This document shows positions 18,048 through 26,382 of a stretch of 32,000 nt of DNA, piece after piece. The DNA comes from Xanthomonas campestris pv. campestris str. ATCC 33913. Its GTDB lineage: Bacteria > Pseudomonadota > Gammaproteobacteria > Xanthomonadales > Xanthomonadaceae. The stretch spans positions 1,087,436-1,119,435 of the forward strand of contig NC_003902.1 of the NCBI RefSeq assembly GCF_000007145.1, given 5' to 3'. The notes under the pieces are model-generated. The model worked only from the letters and a program-made list of their open reading frames with translations, searched no databases and was not told where the DNA came from. The stretch's first letter is position 1. Each line of letters opens with the position of its first letter. Position numbers and translations under genes: made by a program.

Positions 18048-18596
18048 GTGACATCGAAACTGTTTGCATGGATGAAGATCGGAACGTTCTTCGCCGTGAT
18101 GGGTCTGCTTGTCTTGGGCCTGTTTGCCGATTTCGTTCCTGCACAATTCCTGCAAGGACGCACTTTGAAATGGCCATGTTTAGCGGTTGGCATCGTGCTG
18201 ACGGTGTGGCTGCGCAGGCACAATCGGCGTCTTGGTCGACCAACGGACTTGGACGGACACGGGCGTATTTTCAGTGCCTTCATGTTCTTCGCAACACCGG
18301 TGATGCTGGGTTTTGTGTCGTGGTTGTTGCTGGCAAAAACGGCACCTTGGTTGCTGACCTGGGCCATTGGCGGTTCATTCGAAGAAGCGTACGTGATGCA
18401 GACGGACCATCAATCGAGTCGAAGCACCTGTGAATATCGGCTGCGGGGTGGGCCAATGGAACATGGGTTTCCAGATTACCTCTGCATCCACGAAGACCTG
18501 TATCACCGCTATCCACAGCAGCAGGTCGCAGTGATATTGAAAGGGCAGCGCTCACGACTGGGGACACACATTGTGGAAATCTATGGTCCGCAATGA
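18048..18596 (+). CDS. Uncharacterised membrane protein, paralog B of the preceding gene (noticeably lower GC)
   Basis: GTG at 18048 with AGGA 8 nt upstream. Same architecture as paralog A. The C-terminal domain aligns with it: TAPWLLTWAIGGSFEEAYVMQTDHQSSRSTCEYRLRGGPMEHGFPDYLCIHEDLYHRYPQQQVAVILKGQRSRLG against GAPWIYTRIAGVGFEETHLMQTEYVRNARTCKYRLSGGPLEDRFPSHLCISEQLYRRHPDQPVAMRVRGQRSVLG. Confidence 0.75.
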   Translation: MTSKLFAWMKIGTFFAVMGLLVLGLFADFVPAQFLQGRTLKWPCLAVGIVLTVWLRRHNRRLGRPTDLDGHGRIFSAFMFFATPVMLGFVSWLLLAKTAPWLLTWAIGGSFEEAYVMQTDHQSSRSTCEYRLRGGPMEHGFPDYLCIHEDLYHRYPQQQVAVILKGQRSRLGTHIVEIYGPQ

Positions 18597-18746
18597 CGCG
18601 CCACTGTGTGGTCGTCACGTTGGCCGGATAGGTGTCGTCCCAGGTTCAGCGCGTTGCCACCTGCTCACTGGTGGCAGACAGCAAGCGTCCGCGGGTCAAG
18701 GATGAAAAACTGCTGCTGGTAGTCCAGGACCCGGGCAACCGCGATA

Positions 18747-20048
18747 ATGCGCGCTGCCCGCAAGACCTCAGGTAGCACAGTGACCACCCCCAACACACTC
18801 TCCGACTGGCTCGCCTATATCGAGCAACAGCATCCCAGCGCCATTGCCATGGGCCTGGAACGTGTGCGCGAAGTTGCTGCGCGGTTGCAGATTGAAGCGC
18901 CGGCTACGCACGTGATCGTGGTCGGCGGGACCAATGGCAAGGGCTCCACGGTGGCCTTCATCGAAGCGATCGGGCGTGCAGCCGGCTGGAAGGTGGGCGC
19001 CTACACTTCGCCGCATCTGCTGCGCTACAACGAGCGCGTGCGTATCGACGGGGTCGAGGCGAGCGATGCGCAATTGGTGGCCGCGTTCGTTGCGGTGGAG
19101 GCGGCGCGCGGCGATACCGCGTTGACCTATTTCGAATTCGGCACGCTGGCCGCGCTGTGGCTGTTGCAGCAGTCCGAGTTGGAGTTGGCGGTGCTGGAAA
19201 TCGGCCTGGGCGGGCGCCTGGATGCGGTCAACATCATCGACGCCGATGTGGCGGTGATCACCACTGTGGACATCGACCATACCGATTGGCTGGGCGAGGA
19301 CCGCGAGGCGATCGGTGCGGAGAAGGCCGGCATCATCCGCGGCTGGAAGCCGGTGGTGCTGGGAGAGATCGACCCGCCATCCAGTGTGTTGCGGCGGGCT
19401 TACCAATTGGGTGCCAACGCCATCCGCGCCGGCAGCGATTATTTCCATGAGCCCATCGATGCGCAGCACTGGCGTTGGCGTGATGTTGCGCAGACCCTGG
19501 AGCTGCCGATGCCAGCCTTGCAGGCGCCGGTGCAGCTGGCCAATGCAGCGGCGGCGATCGCCGCATTGCAGGCGTTGCCGGTCGAGGTGCCTGCAACCGC
19601 CTGGGCGCAGGGTGTGGCTGCCGCGCAGCTGCCTGGCCGCCTGCAGCGGGTCGCGCGCGATGGGGTGGAGCTGATGCTGGATGTCGGCCACAACCCGCAG
19701 GCCGCGCGTGCCCTGGCCCAGGCGCTGGGCAAGGCCACGCCGGCCGGCACCACCGTTGCGCTGTATGCGGCGCTGGCGGACAAGGATGTGCGCGGTGTGG
19801 TCGAGGCGTTGACCGGGTGTGTGGACCAATGGGCACTGGCCGGGCTGGAGGGCGCGCGTGGGCAGTCGGCCGAGGCCTTGCGCGCCCGCCTGCAGGGCAC
19901 CGCCGCCGCACAGGCGGCCTGCCATGGCGATGTGGCCGGTGCGCTGCATGCGGTGCTGGCGGAGGCGCAGCCAGGCGACCGCGTGCTGGTGTTCGGCTCC
20001 TTCCACACCGTGGCCGATGCGTTGCAGGCACTTCATTCAGGCCATTGA
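18747..20048 (+). CDS. folC: Bifunctional folylpolyglutamate synthase / dihydrofolate synthase
   Basis: Collinear with E. coli FolC: DWLAYIEQQH...GLERV, VGGTNGKGST, YTSPHLLRYNERV, LTYFEFGTLAALW, LEIGLGGRLDAVN, DHTDWLG, PGRLQ, DVGHNPQAA, GSFHTVA. The start is ambiguous. ATG 18747 overlaps a GATAAT hexamer (18743-18748). The in-frame GTG at 18780 (VTTPNTLSDWL) is an alternative. Confidence 0.93.
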   Translation: MRAARKTSGSTVTTPNTLSDWLAYIEQQHPSAIAMGLERVREVAARLQIEAPATHVIVVGGTNGKGSTVAFIEAIGRAAGWKVGAYTSPHLLRYNERVRIDGVEASDAQLVAAFVAVEAARGDTALTYFEFGTLAALWLLQQSELELAVLEIGLGGRLDAVNIIDADVAVITTVDIDHTDWLGEDREAIGAEKAGIIRGWKPVVLGEIDPPSSVLRRAYQLGANAIRAGSDYFHEPIDAQHWRWRDVAQTLELPMPALQAPVQLANAAAAIAALQALPVEVPATAWAQGVAAAQLPGRLQRVARDGVELMLDVGHNPQAARALAQALGKATPAGTTVALYAALADKDVRGVVEALTGCVDQWALAGLEGARGQSAEALRARLQGTAAAQAACHGDVAGALHAVLAEAQPGDRVLVFGSFHTVADALQALHSGH

Positions 20049-20115
20049 GGTCGGTTGCCGGGCGCCGGCCTTATAATCGCCGCGGCACCCCGCCACGCCG
20101 CCTCTTGTCTCTTCC

Positions 20116-21183
20116 GTGGATACTGTTCTGAAACAGCGACTGATTGGCGCCATCGTTCTGGTGGCGCTCGCCGTGATCTTCCTGCCGATGCTGGTGAAGG
20201 GCCCTGCGCCCTCCAGTGGCGTGGCCGATGTTCCGCTCGACGCGCCTGCCGCACCCGGCACTGGCGAGTTTGAAACCCGCGAATTGCCGCTGGTCACGCC
20301 CGGTGCCACACCGGCTGGCGGCGCGCTCGGCATGCGGGGCGCTGCCACCGCACCGGCCGCAGTGCAGGACAACCCCGATGCGGCCGATCTGGCCGCCCCG
20401 TCGAGCACGCCGTCCGCACCGGAGGTGGCTGCCGGCAATTACGCGGTCAACTTCGGCGCCTACGCCAGCAGTGCCGACGCCGATGCAGTGATCGCGCGGC
20501 TCAAGCAGGCGCAGTTGCCCGGCTTCAGCGAAAAGACCCAGATCAATGGTCGCCCTGCCTGGCGCGTGCGGGTGGGCCCGTATGCCGAGCAGGCGCAGGC
20601 CGAAGCGGCCCGTCTGCAGGCGGTCAAGGTGCGCAGCGACGTCAACGCGCAGGTGGTGACGCTGGATGCCGGTGCCAATGCGCCTGCACCGGTGACCGCT
20701 CCCACCCCGAGCACCGCCGCGCCCAAGCCGGCCGGCAGCACCACCGCGGCGGCCACCACGGCACCGACCAAGACCGAGAGCCTGCCGCCGGAGCCGGCCA
20801 AGCCAGTGGCCGCAGTGCCCAAGCCGGCCGAGGCACCCAGGCCTGCGCCGGCCAAGCCGGAAGCGCCCAAGCCCGAACCCAGCAAGCCCGAGCCGGCCAA
20901 GCCGGTCGCGGCAGCGCCGACCGCGCCCGCCGCGCCGGCCGCCAGTGGGGTTGGGTTTGCGGTCCAGCTGGGCGCCTTTGGCCGTGCCGAAGACGCCAAT
21001 GCGCTGCGCGACCGCGTGCGTGCCGCCGGATTCAGCGCGTTCGTGGAACAGGTGCGCACCGACAAGGGCGCGCTCAACCGCGTGCGCGTCGGGCCGGTGG
21101 CCAACCGTGGCGATGCCGAGCAATTGCGTGCCCAGGTGGCGGCCAAGGTCGGCATCTCCGGCATGGTGCGTCCACATCCTTGA
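20116..21183 (+). CDS. dedD: DedD-like cell-division protein: N-terminal membrane anchor, two SPOR peptidoglycan-binding domains, long Pro/Ala/Lys-rich linker
   Basis: GTG start at 20116. Anchor: LIGAIVLVALAVIFLPMLV. SPOR 1: NYAVNFGAYASSADADAVIARLKQAQLPGF...WRVRVGPYAEQAQAEAA. SPOR 2: GFAVQLGAFGRAEDANALRDRVRAAGFSAFV...NRVRVGPVANRGDAEQL. Its position between folC and cvpA matches the E. coli folC-dedD-cvpA-purF order. The symbol is by synteny and domain. Confidence 0.8.
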   Translation: MDTVLKQRLIGAIVLVALAVIFLPMLVKGPAPSSGVADVPLDAPAAPGTGEFETRELPLVTPGATPAGGALGMRGAATAPAAVQDNPDAADLAAPSSTPSAPEVAAGNYAVNFGAYASSADADAVIARLKQAQLPGFSEKTQINGRPAWRVRVGPYAEQAQAEAARLQAVKVRSDVNAQVVTLDAGANAPAPVTAPTPSTAAPKPAGSTTAAATTAPTKTESLPPEPAKPVAAVPKPAEAPRPAPAKPEAPKPEPSKPEPAKPVAAAPTAPAAPAASGVGFAVQLGAFGRAEDANALRDRVRAAGFSAFVEQVRTDKGALNRVRVGPVANRGDAEQLRAQVAAKVGISGMVRPHP

Positions 21184-21274
21184 TTCTCGATAGCCTCACA
21201 CCCATGGAGGGGAGGGCGATGATGACTGCATCCTGCCAGGCAAGCGGCGCGCACCCCGCGTCACGAGGTTGGCC

Positions 21275-22021
21275 ATGATCGACATGGTGTTGGGCGTCAT
21301 CATCCTGGTGTCGGCGCTGTTGGGTCTGCTGCGTGGATTTGTGGCGATCGTGGTCGGCACGCTGTCGTGGCTGCTGGCCGGCTGGGCCACGTTCCTGTTC
21401 GGCGGCCCGGCCGCGCGCTGGCTGGCCGATGGCAAGCACCCCTCGGCCACCGAGTCGTTCGGTGGCTACGCCATGGTGTTCGTGGGCGTACTGATCAGCG
21501 TGGCGGTGATCGGCATGGTGATCCGCGCCGGCGTGGACGCGGTCAAGCTCGGTGGGACCGACCGCATGCTCGGGTTCGGTCTGGGCGTGGTGCGCGGGGC
21601 CTTCCTGGCTTGCGTGCTGGTGCTGCTGATGGGCTTCACGCCGCTGCCGCGCGAACCGGCCTGGCGGCAATCGGTCCTGCTGCCGGTGCTGTCGCCGGGC
21701 GCTGGCTGGATGCGCGCGCAACTGCCGGCCTGGCGGATGCCCTCGATGGACCTTCCATCGATGGAACTCGGCAACGTATCAGCGGAGTTGGGGAAGTTGC
21801 CTTCGGCAGGCGATAATACGGACCTGGGCAAGGCGCTCTCCGGGTCTGGCCTGAGCGACAGGATCAACAAGGCGCTCGGCAAACCCGGCAAAGCTGCCAG
21901 CGACGGACGCGATCCGACGCAGGCGATGCCGGCCAATATCGATCCGGCGCAGGTTCGCGGCGGAGAAAGCGACCCGGCTCGGGTCGAGTCCCAAGGCCAG
22001 GCACGGCCACCTTCACAGTAA
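21275..22021 (+). CDS. cvpA: CvpA-family inner-membrane protein (colicin V production protein homolog) with a ~85-aa low-complexity C-terminal extension
   Basis: ATG at 21275 (GAGG at 21265-21268), inside track ORF 21269-22021. MIDMVLGVIILVSALLGLLRGFV aligns with E. coli CvpA MVWIDYAIIAVIAFSSLVSLIRGFV, and GGTDRMLGFGLGVVRGAFL with SGTDRVLGVCFGALRGVLI. Confidence 0.88.
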   Translation: MIDMVLGVIILVSALLGLLRGFVAIVVGTLSWLLAGWATFLFGGPAARWLADGKHPSATESFGGYAMVFVGVLISVAVIGMVIRAGVDAVKLGGTDRMLGFGLGVVRGAFLACVLVLLMGFTPLPREPAWRQSVLLPVLSPGAGWMRAQLPAWRMPSMDLPSMELGNVSAELGKLPSAGDNTDLGKALSGSGLSDRINKALGKPGKAASDGRDPTQAMPANIDPAQVRGGESDPARVESQGQARPPSQ

Positions 22022-22051
22022 CGGCGCAAGCCGAAGCGGAGAACGCGCACC

Positions 22052-23518
22052 ATGTGTGGCATCGTCGGTATTGTCGGCAACCAGAACGTCGCCGGGCAGC
22101 TCTATGACGGCCTGACCGTCCTGCAGCATCGCGGGCAGGATGCCGCAGGCATCGCCACGGCCGATGGCACGCGGTTGCGCGTGCAAAAAGCCAACGGCCT
22201 GGTCCGCGACGTCTTCGACGAAAAGAAGATGGCGGTGCTGGAAGGCCGCGTCGGCATCGCGCATTGCCGCTACCCGACCGCCGGCTCGGAAGGCATGGAC
22301 GAAGCACAGCCGTTCTACGTCAATTCGCCGTACGGCATCGCGCTGGCGCACAACGGCAATCTGATCAACACCGAGGCCTTGCGCCAGCAGGTGTTCGAGG
22401 CCGACCGCCGCAATATCAACACCGATTCGGACAGCGAAGTGCTGTTGAACGTGTTCGCCTACGAGCTGGACGCGCAACGCATGCTCACCCCCGAAGCGGC
22501 GATCCGCGCGGTAGCTGGCGTGCACCGCCGCTGCAAGGGTGGCTATGCGGTGGTCAGTGTGGTGCTGGGCCTGGGCCTGGTGGCATTCCGCGACCCACAC
22601 GGCATCCGCCCGCTGGTCCTGGGCAAGCGCGAACACGCCGAAGGCACCGAATACATCGTGTCGTCCGAATCGGCGGCCTTGGACATCCTTGGCTACCAGC
22701 GCGTGCGCGACGTGCGCCCGGGCGAGGCGCTGGTGATCACTGCGCGTGGCGAGCTGTTCTCCGAAATCTGCGCCGCGCCGACCGACCATGCGCCGTGCAT
22801 CTTCGAGTACGTGTATTTCGCGCGTCCCGATTCGATGATCGACAACATCTCGGTGCACAAGGCGCGCATGCGCATGGGCCTGAAGCTGGGCGAGAAGATC
22901 CTGCGCCTGCGCCCGGACCATGACATCGACACCATCATTCCGATCCCGGATACCTCGCGCGATGTGGCGCTGGAGATGTCCAACGTGCTCGGCGTGAAGT
23001 ACCGCGAAGGCTTCGTCAAAAACCGTTACGTGGGCCGCACCTTCATCATGCCGGGGCAGGGCGAACGGCAGAAATCGGTACGCCGCAAGCTCAACCCGAT
23101 CCATCTGGAATTCCGCAACCGCGTGGTGCTGCTGGTCGACGATTCGATCGTGCGCGGCACCACCAGCCGGCAGATCGTGCAGATGGCGCGCGACGCCGGT
23201 GCACGCAAGGTGTATCTGGCCTCGGCCGCGCCGCCGGTGCGCTACCCGAATATCTACGGCATCGACATGCCGGCCGCCGAAGAACTGATTGCGCATGGCC
23301 GCAGCGAGCAGGAAATCCAGGAATTCCTGGGCTGCGACTGGCTGATCTACCAGGATCTGGAAGACCTGGAAGTGGCGGTGCGCGAAGGCAATCCGGACAT
23401 CAAGCAGTTCGATTCGTCGTGCTTCAACGGCGAGTACATCACCGGTATCGAGCCAGGGTATTTCGAGCGCATCCAGCAGCTGCGTTCGGACGATGCCAAG
23501 AAGCGCCGGCGCGCCTGA
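22052..23518 (+). CDS. purF: Amidophosphoribosyltransferase (glutamine-PRPP amidotransferase)
   Basis: N-terminal nucleophile MCGIVGIVG. Also [29 protein letters not shown]-binding loop [15 protein letters not shown]. 488 aa, directly after cvpA as in E. coli. Confidence 0.97.
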   Translation: MCGIVGIVGNQNVAGQLYDGLTVLQHRGQDAAGIATADGTRLRVQKANGLVRDVFDEKKMAVLEGRVGIAHCRYPTAGSEGMDEAQPFYVNSPYGIALAHNGNLINTEALRQQVFEADRRNINTDSDSEVLLNVFAYELDAQRMLTPEAAIRAVAGVHRRCKGGYAVVSVVLGLGLVAFRDPHGIRPLVLGKREHAEGTEYIVSSESAALDILGYQRVRDVRPGEALVITARGELFSEICAAPTDHAPCIFEYVYFARPDSMIDNISVHKARMRMGLKLGEKILRLRPDHDIDTIIPIPDTSRDVALEMSNVLGVKYREGFVKNRYVGRTFIMPGQGERQKSVRRKLNPIHLEFRNRVVLLVDDSIVRGTTSRQIVQMARDAGARKVYLASAAPPVRYPNIYGIDMPAAEELIAHGRSEQEIQEFLGCDWLIYQDLEDLEVAVREGNPDIKQFDSSCFNGEYITGIEPGYFERIQQLRSDDAKKRRRA

Positions 23519-23597
23519 TCACTCAGGGCGCTGTGACGCGGCAGTGTGAGTGCGCGCGCCGCAGCCAGTGCAAGGTTGCGCGCCGCAGGGAGTGACG

Positions 23598-24398
23598 ATG
23601 GATCTGTTGCAAGCCGCGCACGCCTGCCTGCAGGCGTGTGATCCGGTCGAAAAGGTCGCGCTGACCCAGCAGTACGCCGCAGCGTTTCGCGCGGGCAGCT
23701 TGCCGCTGCCGGCCCAGGCCGCCGCGCCTGAACCCATTCGTATGCCGGGCCGCCCGCCGCGCCCGTTGCTGGTCCATCCGCGCGAGCTGCCGCGGCGCGG
23801 CCTGGGTACGCCGGAGGGGCGTGCGGCCTTCATCCATGCCATCGCGCACATCGAGCTCAACGCCATCGATCTGGCTTGGGATGCGGTGTACCGGTTCCGT
23901 GGTGTGCCGGACGGGTTCTATGCCGATTGGGTGGCGGTGGCCGATGACGAGTCGCGTCATTTCATGCTGCTGCGCGAACGGTTGCACGCACACGGCCGCG
24001 ACTATGGCGACTTTGCCGCGCACAACGGGCTGTGGGAGATGTGCGAGAAAACCGCGCACGACGGCCTGGCACGCATGGCGCTGGTGCCGCGGGTGCTGGA
24101 AGCACGCGGGCTGGATGTTACGCCGGCCATGATCCACAAACTGCGCTCGCTGGGCGATACCGCCACTGCGCAGGTGCTGGAGATCATCCTGCGCGAAGAA
24201 GTGGCGCACGTCGCCGCGGGTTCGCGTTGGTATCGCTGGTATTGCGAGCAGGCCGGCATCGAGCCGCGCGCGCGCTTCAAGGAACTGTTGCGCGACTACG
24301 CCGGCGGCTACCTGCACGGCCCGTTCAATATCGAAGCGCGTCTGCTGGCAGGCTTCGATGAAGACGAATTGGCTAGCCTCGTGGAGCAGGCTGGCTGA
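23598..24398 (+). CDS. DUF455-type ferritin-like (putative di-iron) protein
   Basis: ATG at 23598 (GGGAG at 23588-23592) within ORF 23550-24398. It resembles my memory of the DUF455/COG2833 family: AFIHAIAHIELNAIDLAWD, DDESRHF (ExxH), LVPRVLEARGLD, REEVAHV (ExxH). Function unknown. Confidence 0.7.
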   Translation: MDLLQAAHACLQACDPVEKVALTQQYAAAFRAGSLPLPAQAAAPEPIRMPGRPPRPLLVHPRELPRRGLGTPEGRAAFIHAIAHIELNAIDLAWDAVYRFRGVPDGFYADWVAVADDESRHFMLLRERLHAHGRDYGDFAAHNGLWEMCEKTAHDGLARMALVPRVLEARGLDVTPAMIHKLRSLGDTATAQVLEIILREEVAHVAAGSRWYRWYCEQAGIEPRARFKELLRDYAGGYLHGPFNIEARLLAGFDEDELASLVEQAG

Positions 24399-25005
24399 GG
24401 CGCGCGCGCTGGTTAGCGCGGAGAACTATCGGTTTGCATCCCTCCGCGCAGGCCGACAAGGAGCGCGTTGCCGACGCTGCATGCCGTGCGCACAACGTAG
24501 CGAAGCATGCTGTCTGATTAGGGTGCTTCGATGAGCGCTTTATCGGTCGGCCAGCGTGTGTGCGCCCAAGCAACACCATCCGACGGAGAGCGGGCCCTGT
24601 AAGCCAGCATGCTCTTGGAGCCGGACAATCTGCATGCGGTGCAGCGCGAGGGTAGTGCCGGTCACTACCTTCCTTCACGCGTATCCCAACATTGCTTGGA
24701 CGTCCGCGTGCGTGAGCACTGCCAACCGAAAGCCAGGCCTCATCAACGCCCAGGATCAGCCATCCGCCACCCTCGCAGCACCGGGTCGAGACCCAGTGGA
24801 AGACATCGCCGTCCACCGGAATGTGCACTCCGTCGCGCCACACCGGTGCTGGAATCGCATCCAGTCGACGTCAAACATCACAGAACTGTAAGTTTCTGTT
24901 GTAACAACTTGCATTCCATCCTGATCGGCGCGCCCTAATGGCGTCCCGGGGACAGGGGCCCGGTGTTTCACATCCCGTTGCTTCCATGTCTAGGAGAGAG
25001 AGACG

Positions 25006-26259
25006 ATGAAGTCGAAGTCGATGTGCACCACGGTCGGTCTGATCGCCATGTGTCTGGCTGGCTCGGCGGCAGCAGCAGGCAAGCCGCTGTACCAGACCGG
25101 CCCGGCATTGAGCCGCAGCGCTGCAGCCACCGCCACGGCAGAACCCTCGTTACAGCGCGTATTGAGCTCGCCATCCACCGCAAACGCACAGGTGGTGCAG
25201 ATCGATGCGGGCGCGGTGGCGCCGGCGGAAAAACTGCTCGAGCTACAGCTGGATGGCCAGACCATCACCGCTACCCAGGCCAAGGTCGACGCGTTGGAAG
25301 GTGGCGACAGCATCTGGTACGGCAATCTCGGCCCGCGTGCCGGCACCCGTGCACGCACCTTGTCCGGCGTGGACCCGCTCAACTCGGCGATCCTGGTGCG
25401 GAGCGGCGACACCGTCACCGGCACCATCCGCTACGCCGGCAAGCTCTATCGCCTGCGGCCGCTTGCCGATGGCCGCCATGTGCTGGTGCAGGTGGACGAG
25501 CAGCGCATGCCGCAGGAGCATCCGGCCGAATACAGCTTGCTGCCCAAGTTCGACATGCCCAACGACGGCCGCGTGACCGCTGCGCAGGCTTCGTCCGGCA
25601 GCCCGGCCACCATCCGCGTGCTGGTGGTGGCCACCAACCAGGCGGTGACTGCGTACGGCGGCAACATGCAGTCGCTGGTGCAACTGGCGGTCGCCGAGGC
25701 CAACCAGGGCTACGTCAACAGCAATGTGGGCATCACCTTGCAGCTGGCGCGCTATGAGACCACCAGCTATGCGGAAACCGGTAACTTCACCACCGATCTG
25801 CAGCGCTTCCGAGTCACCAACGACGGCTACATGGACAGCATCCACACCAGCCGCAACACCTATACCGCCGATGTGGGCGTGATCGTGTTGAACAACAGCA
25901 GCTACTGCGGCCTGGCGTCGGGTATCGGCTCCACCGCGGCCACGGCGTTTGCATCGGTGTACTGGGACTGCGCCACCGGCTACTACAGTTTTGCGCATGA
26001 AATCGGCCACCTGCAGAGTGCACGTCACGATGCGGCCACCGACCCGAGCACCTCGCCGTTTGCGTATGGCCACGGCTACCGCTACGGCAACAGCTGGCGC
26101 ACCATCATGGCCTACGCCTGCCCCAGCGGTTGCCCGCGACTGAACTACTGGTCCAATCCCAACATCAGCTACAACGGCGTGCCCATGGGCAACGCCAGCA
26201 CCGCGGACAACCAACGTGTGCTGGTCAACACCAAGGCCAACATCGCCGCGTTCCGCTGA
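25006..26259 (+). CDS. Secreted zinc metalloprotease, metzincin/reprolysin-like (peptidyl-Asp metalloendopeptidase M72-like), with a ~190-aa N-terminal pro/accessory region
   Basis: Strong RBS AGGAGAGAGAGA ending 5 nt before ATG 25006. Signal peptide MKSKSMCTTVGLIAMCLAGSAAAA. Zinc motif HEIGHLQSARHD (HExxHxxxxxHD, with Ser where metzincins usually have Gly). Met-turn candidate WRTIMAY. Several Cys pairs in the catalytic domain. Confidence 0.8.
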   Translation: MKSKSMCTTVGLIAMCLAGSAAAAGKPLYQTGPALSRSAAATATAEPSLQRVLSSPSTANAQVVQIDAGAVAPAEKLLELQLDGQTITATQAKVDALEGGDSIWYGNLGPRAGTRARTLSGVDPLNSAILVRSGDTVTGTIRYAGKLYRLRPLADGRHVLVQVDEQRMPQEHPAEYSLLPKFDMPNDGRVTAAQASSGSPATIRVLVVATNQAVTAYGGNMQSLVQLAVAEANQGYVNSNVGITLQLARYETTSYAETGNFTTDLQRFRVTNDGYMDSIHTSRNTYTADVGVIVLNNSSYCGLASGIGSTAATAFASVYWDCATGYYSFAHEIGHLQSARHDAATDPSTSPFAYGHGYRYGNSWRTIMAYACPSGCPRLNYWSNPNISYNGVPMGNASTADNQRVLVNTKANIAAFR

Positions 26260-26271
26260 TCACTGCCCAGC

Positions 26272-26298
26272 CTGCCCGGCACCACGCGTGCCGGGCAG
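26272..26298 (+). terminator. GC-rich hairpin after the metalloprotease gene (possible terminator/attenuator; no U-tract)
   Basis: Perfect 11-bp stem CTGCCCGGCAC (26272-26282) / GTGCCGGGCAG (26288-26298) with loop CACGC, 13 nt after the stop codon. It is followed by TGCCGCTATATCC rather than a T-run. Confidence 0.5.
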
Positions 26299-26382
26299 TG
26301 CCGCTATATCCGCGCACGCCGATCGCGCAGACTAGGCACACCGCCGGTGGTTGCCGGCCATGTGATGTCCAGCGGAGCGATC

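Noticed and set aside
24405-24420. Hairpin CGCGCT-GGTT-AGCGCG after the DUF455 gene, and other short GC stems after cysA, the phospholipase C gene and the lipoprotein gene, considered as terminators.
   Set aside because: The stems are only 5-6 bp with no following U-tract. In GC-rich DNA such stems are frequent by chance.
24373-24971. Minus-strand ORFs of 156 aa and 71 aa, and plus-strand ORFs of 111 and 109 aa, as real genes in the DUF455-protease spacer.
   Set aside because: They have no RBS, no recognisable domains and low-complexity Arg/Pro/Ala tails, and they overlap each other in different frames. At best they are a frameshifted remnant, which is reported as a finding instead.
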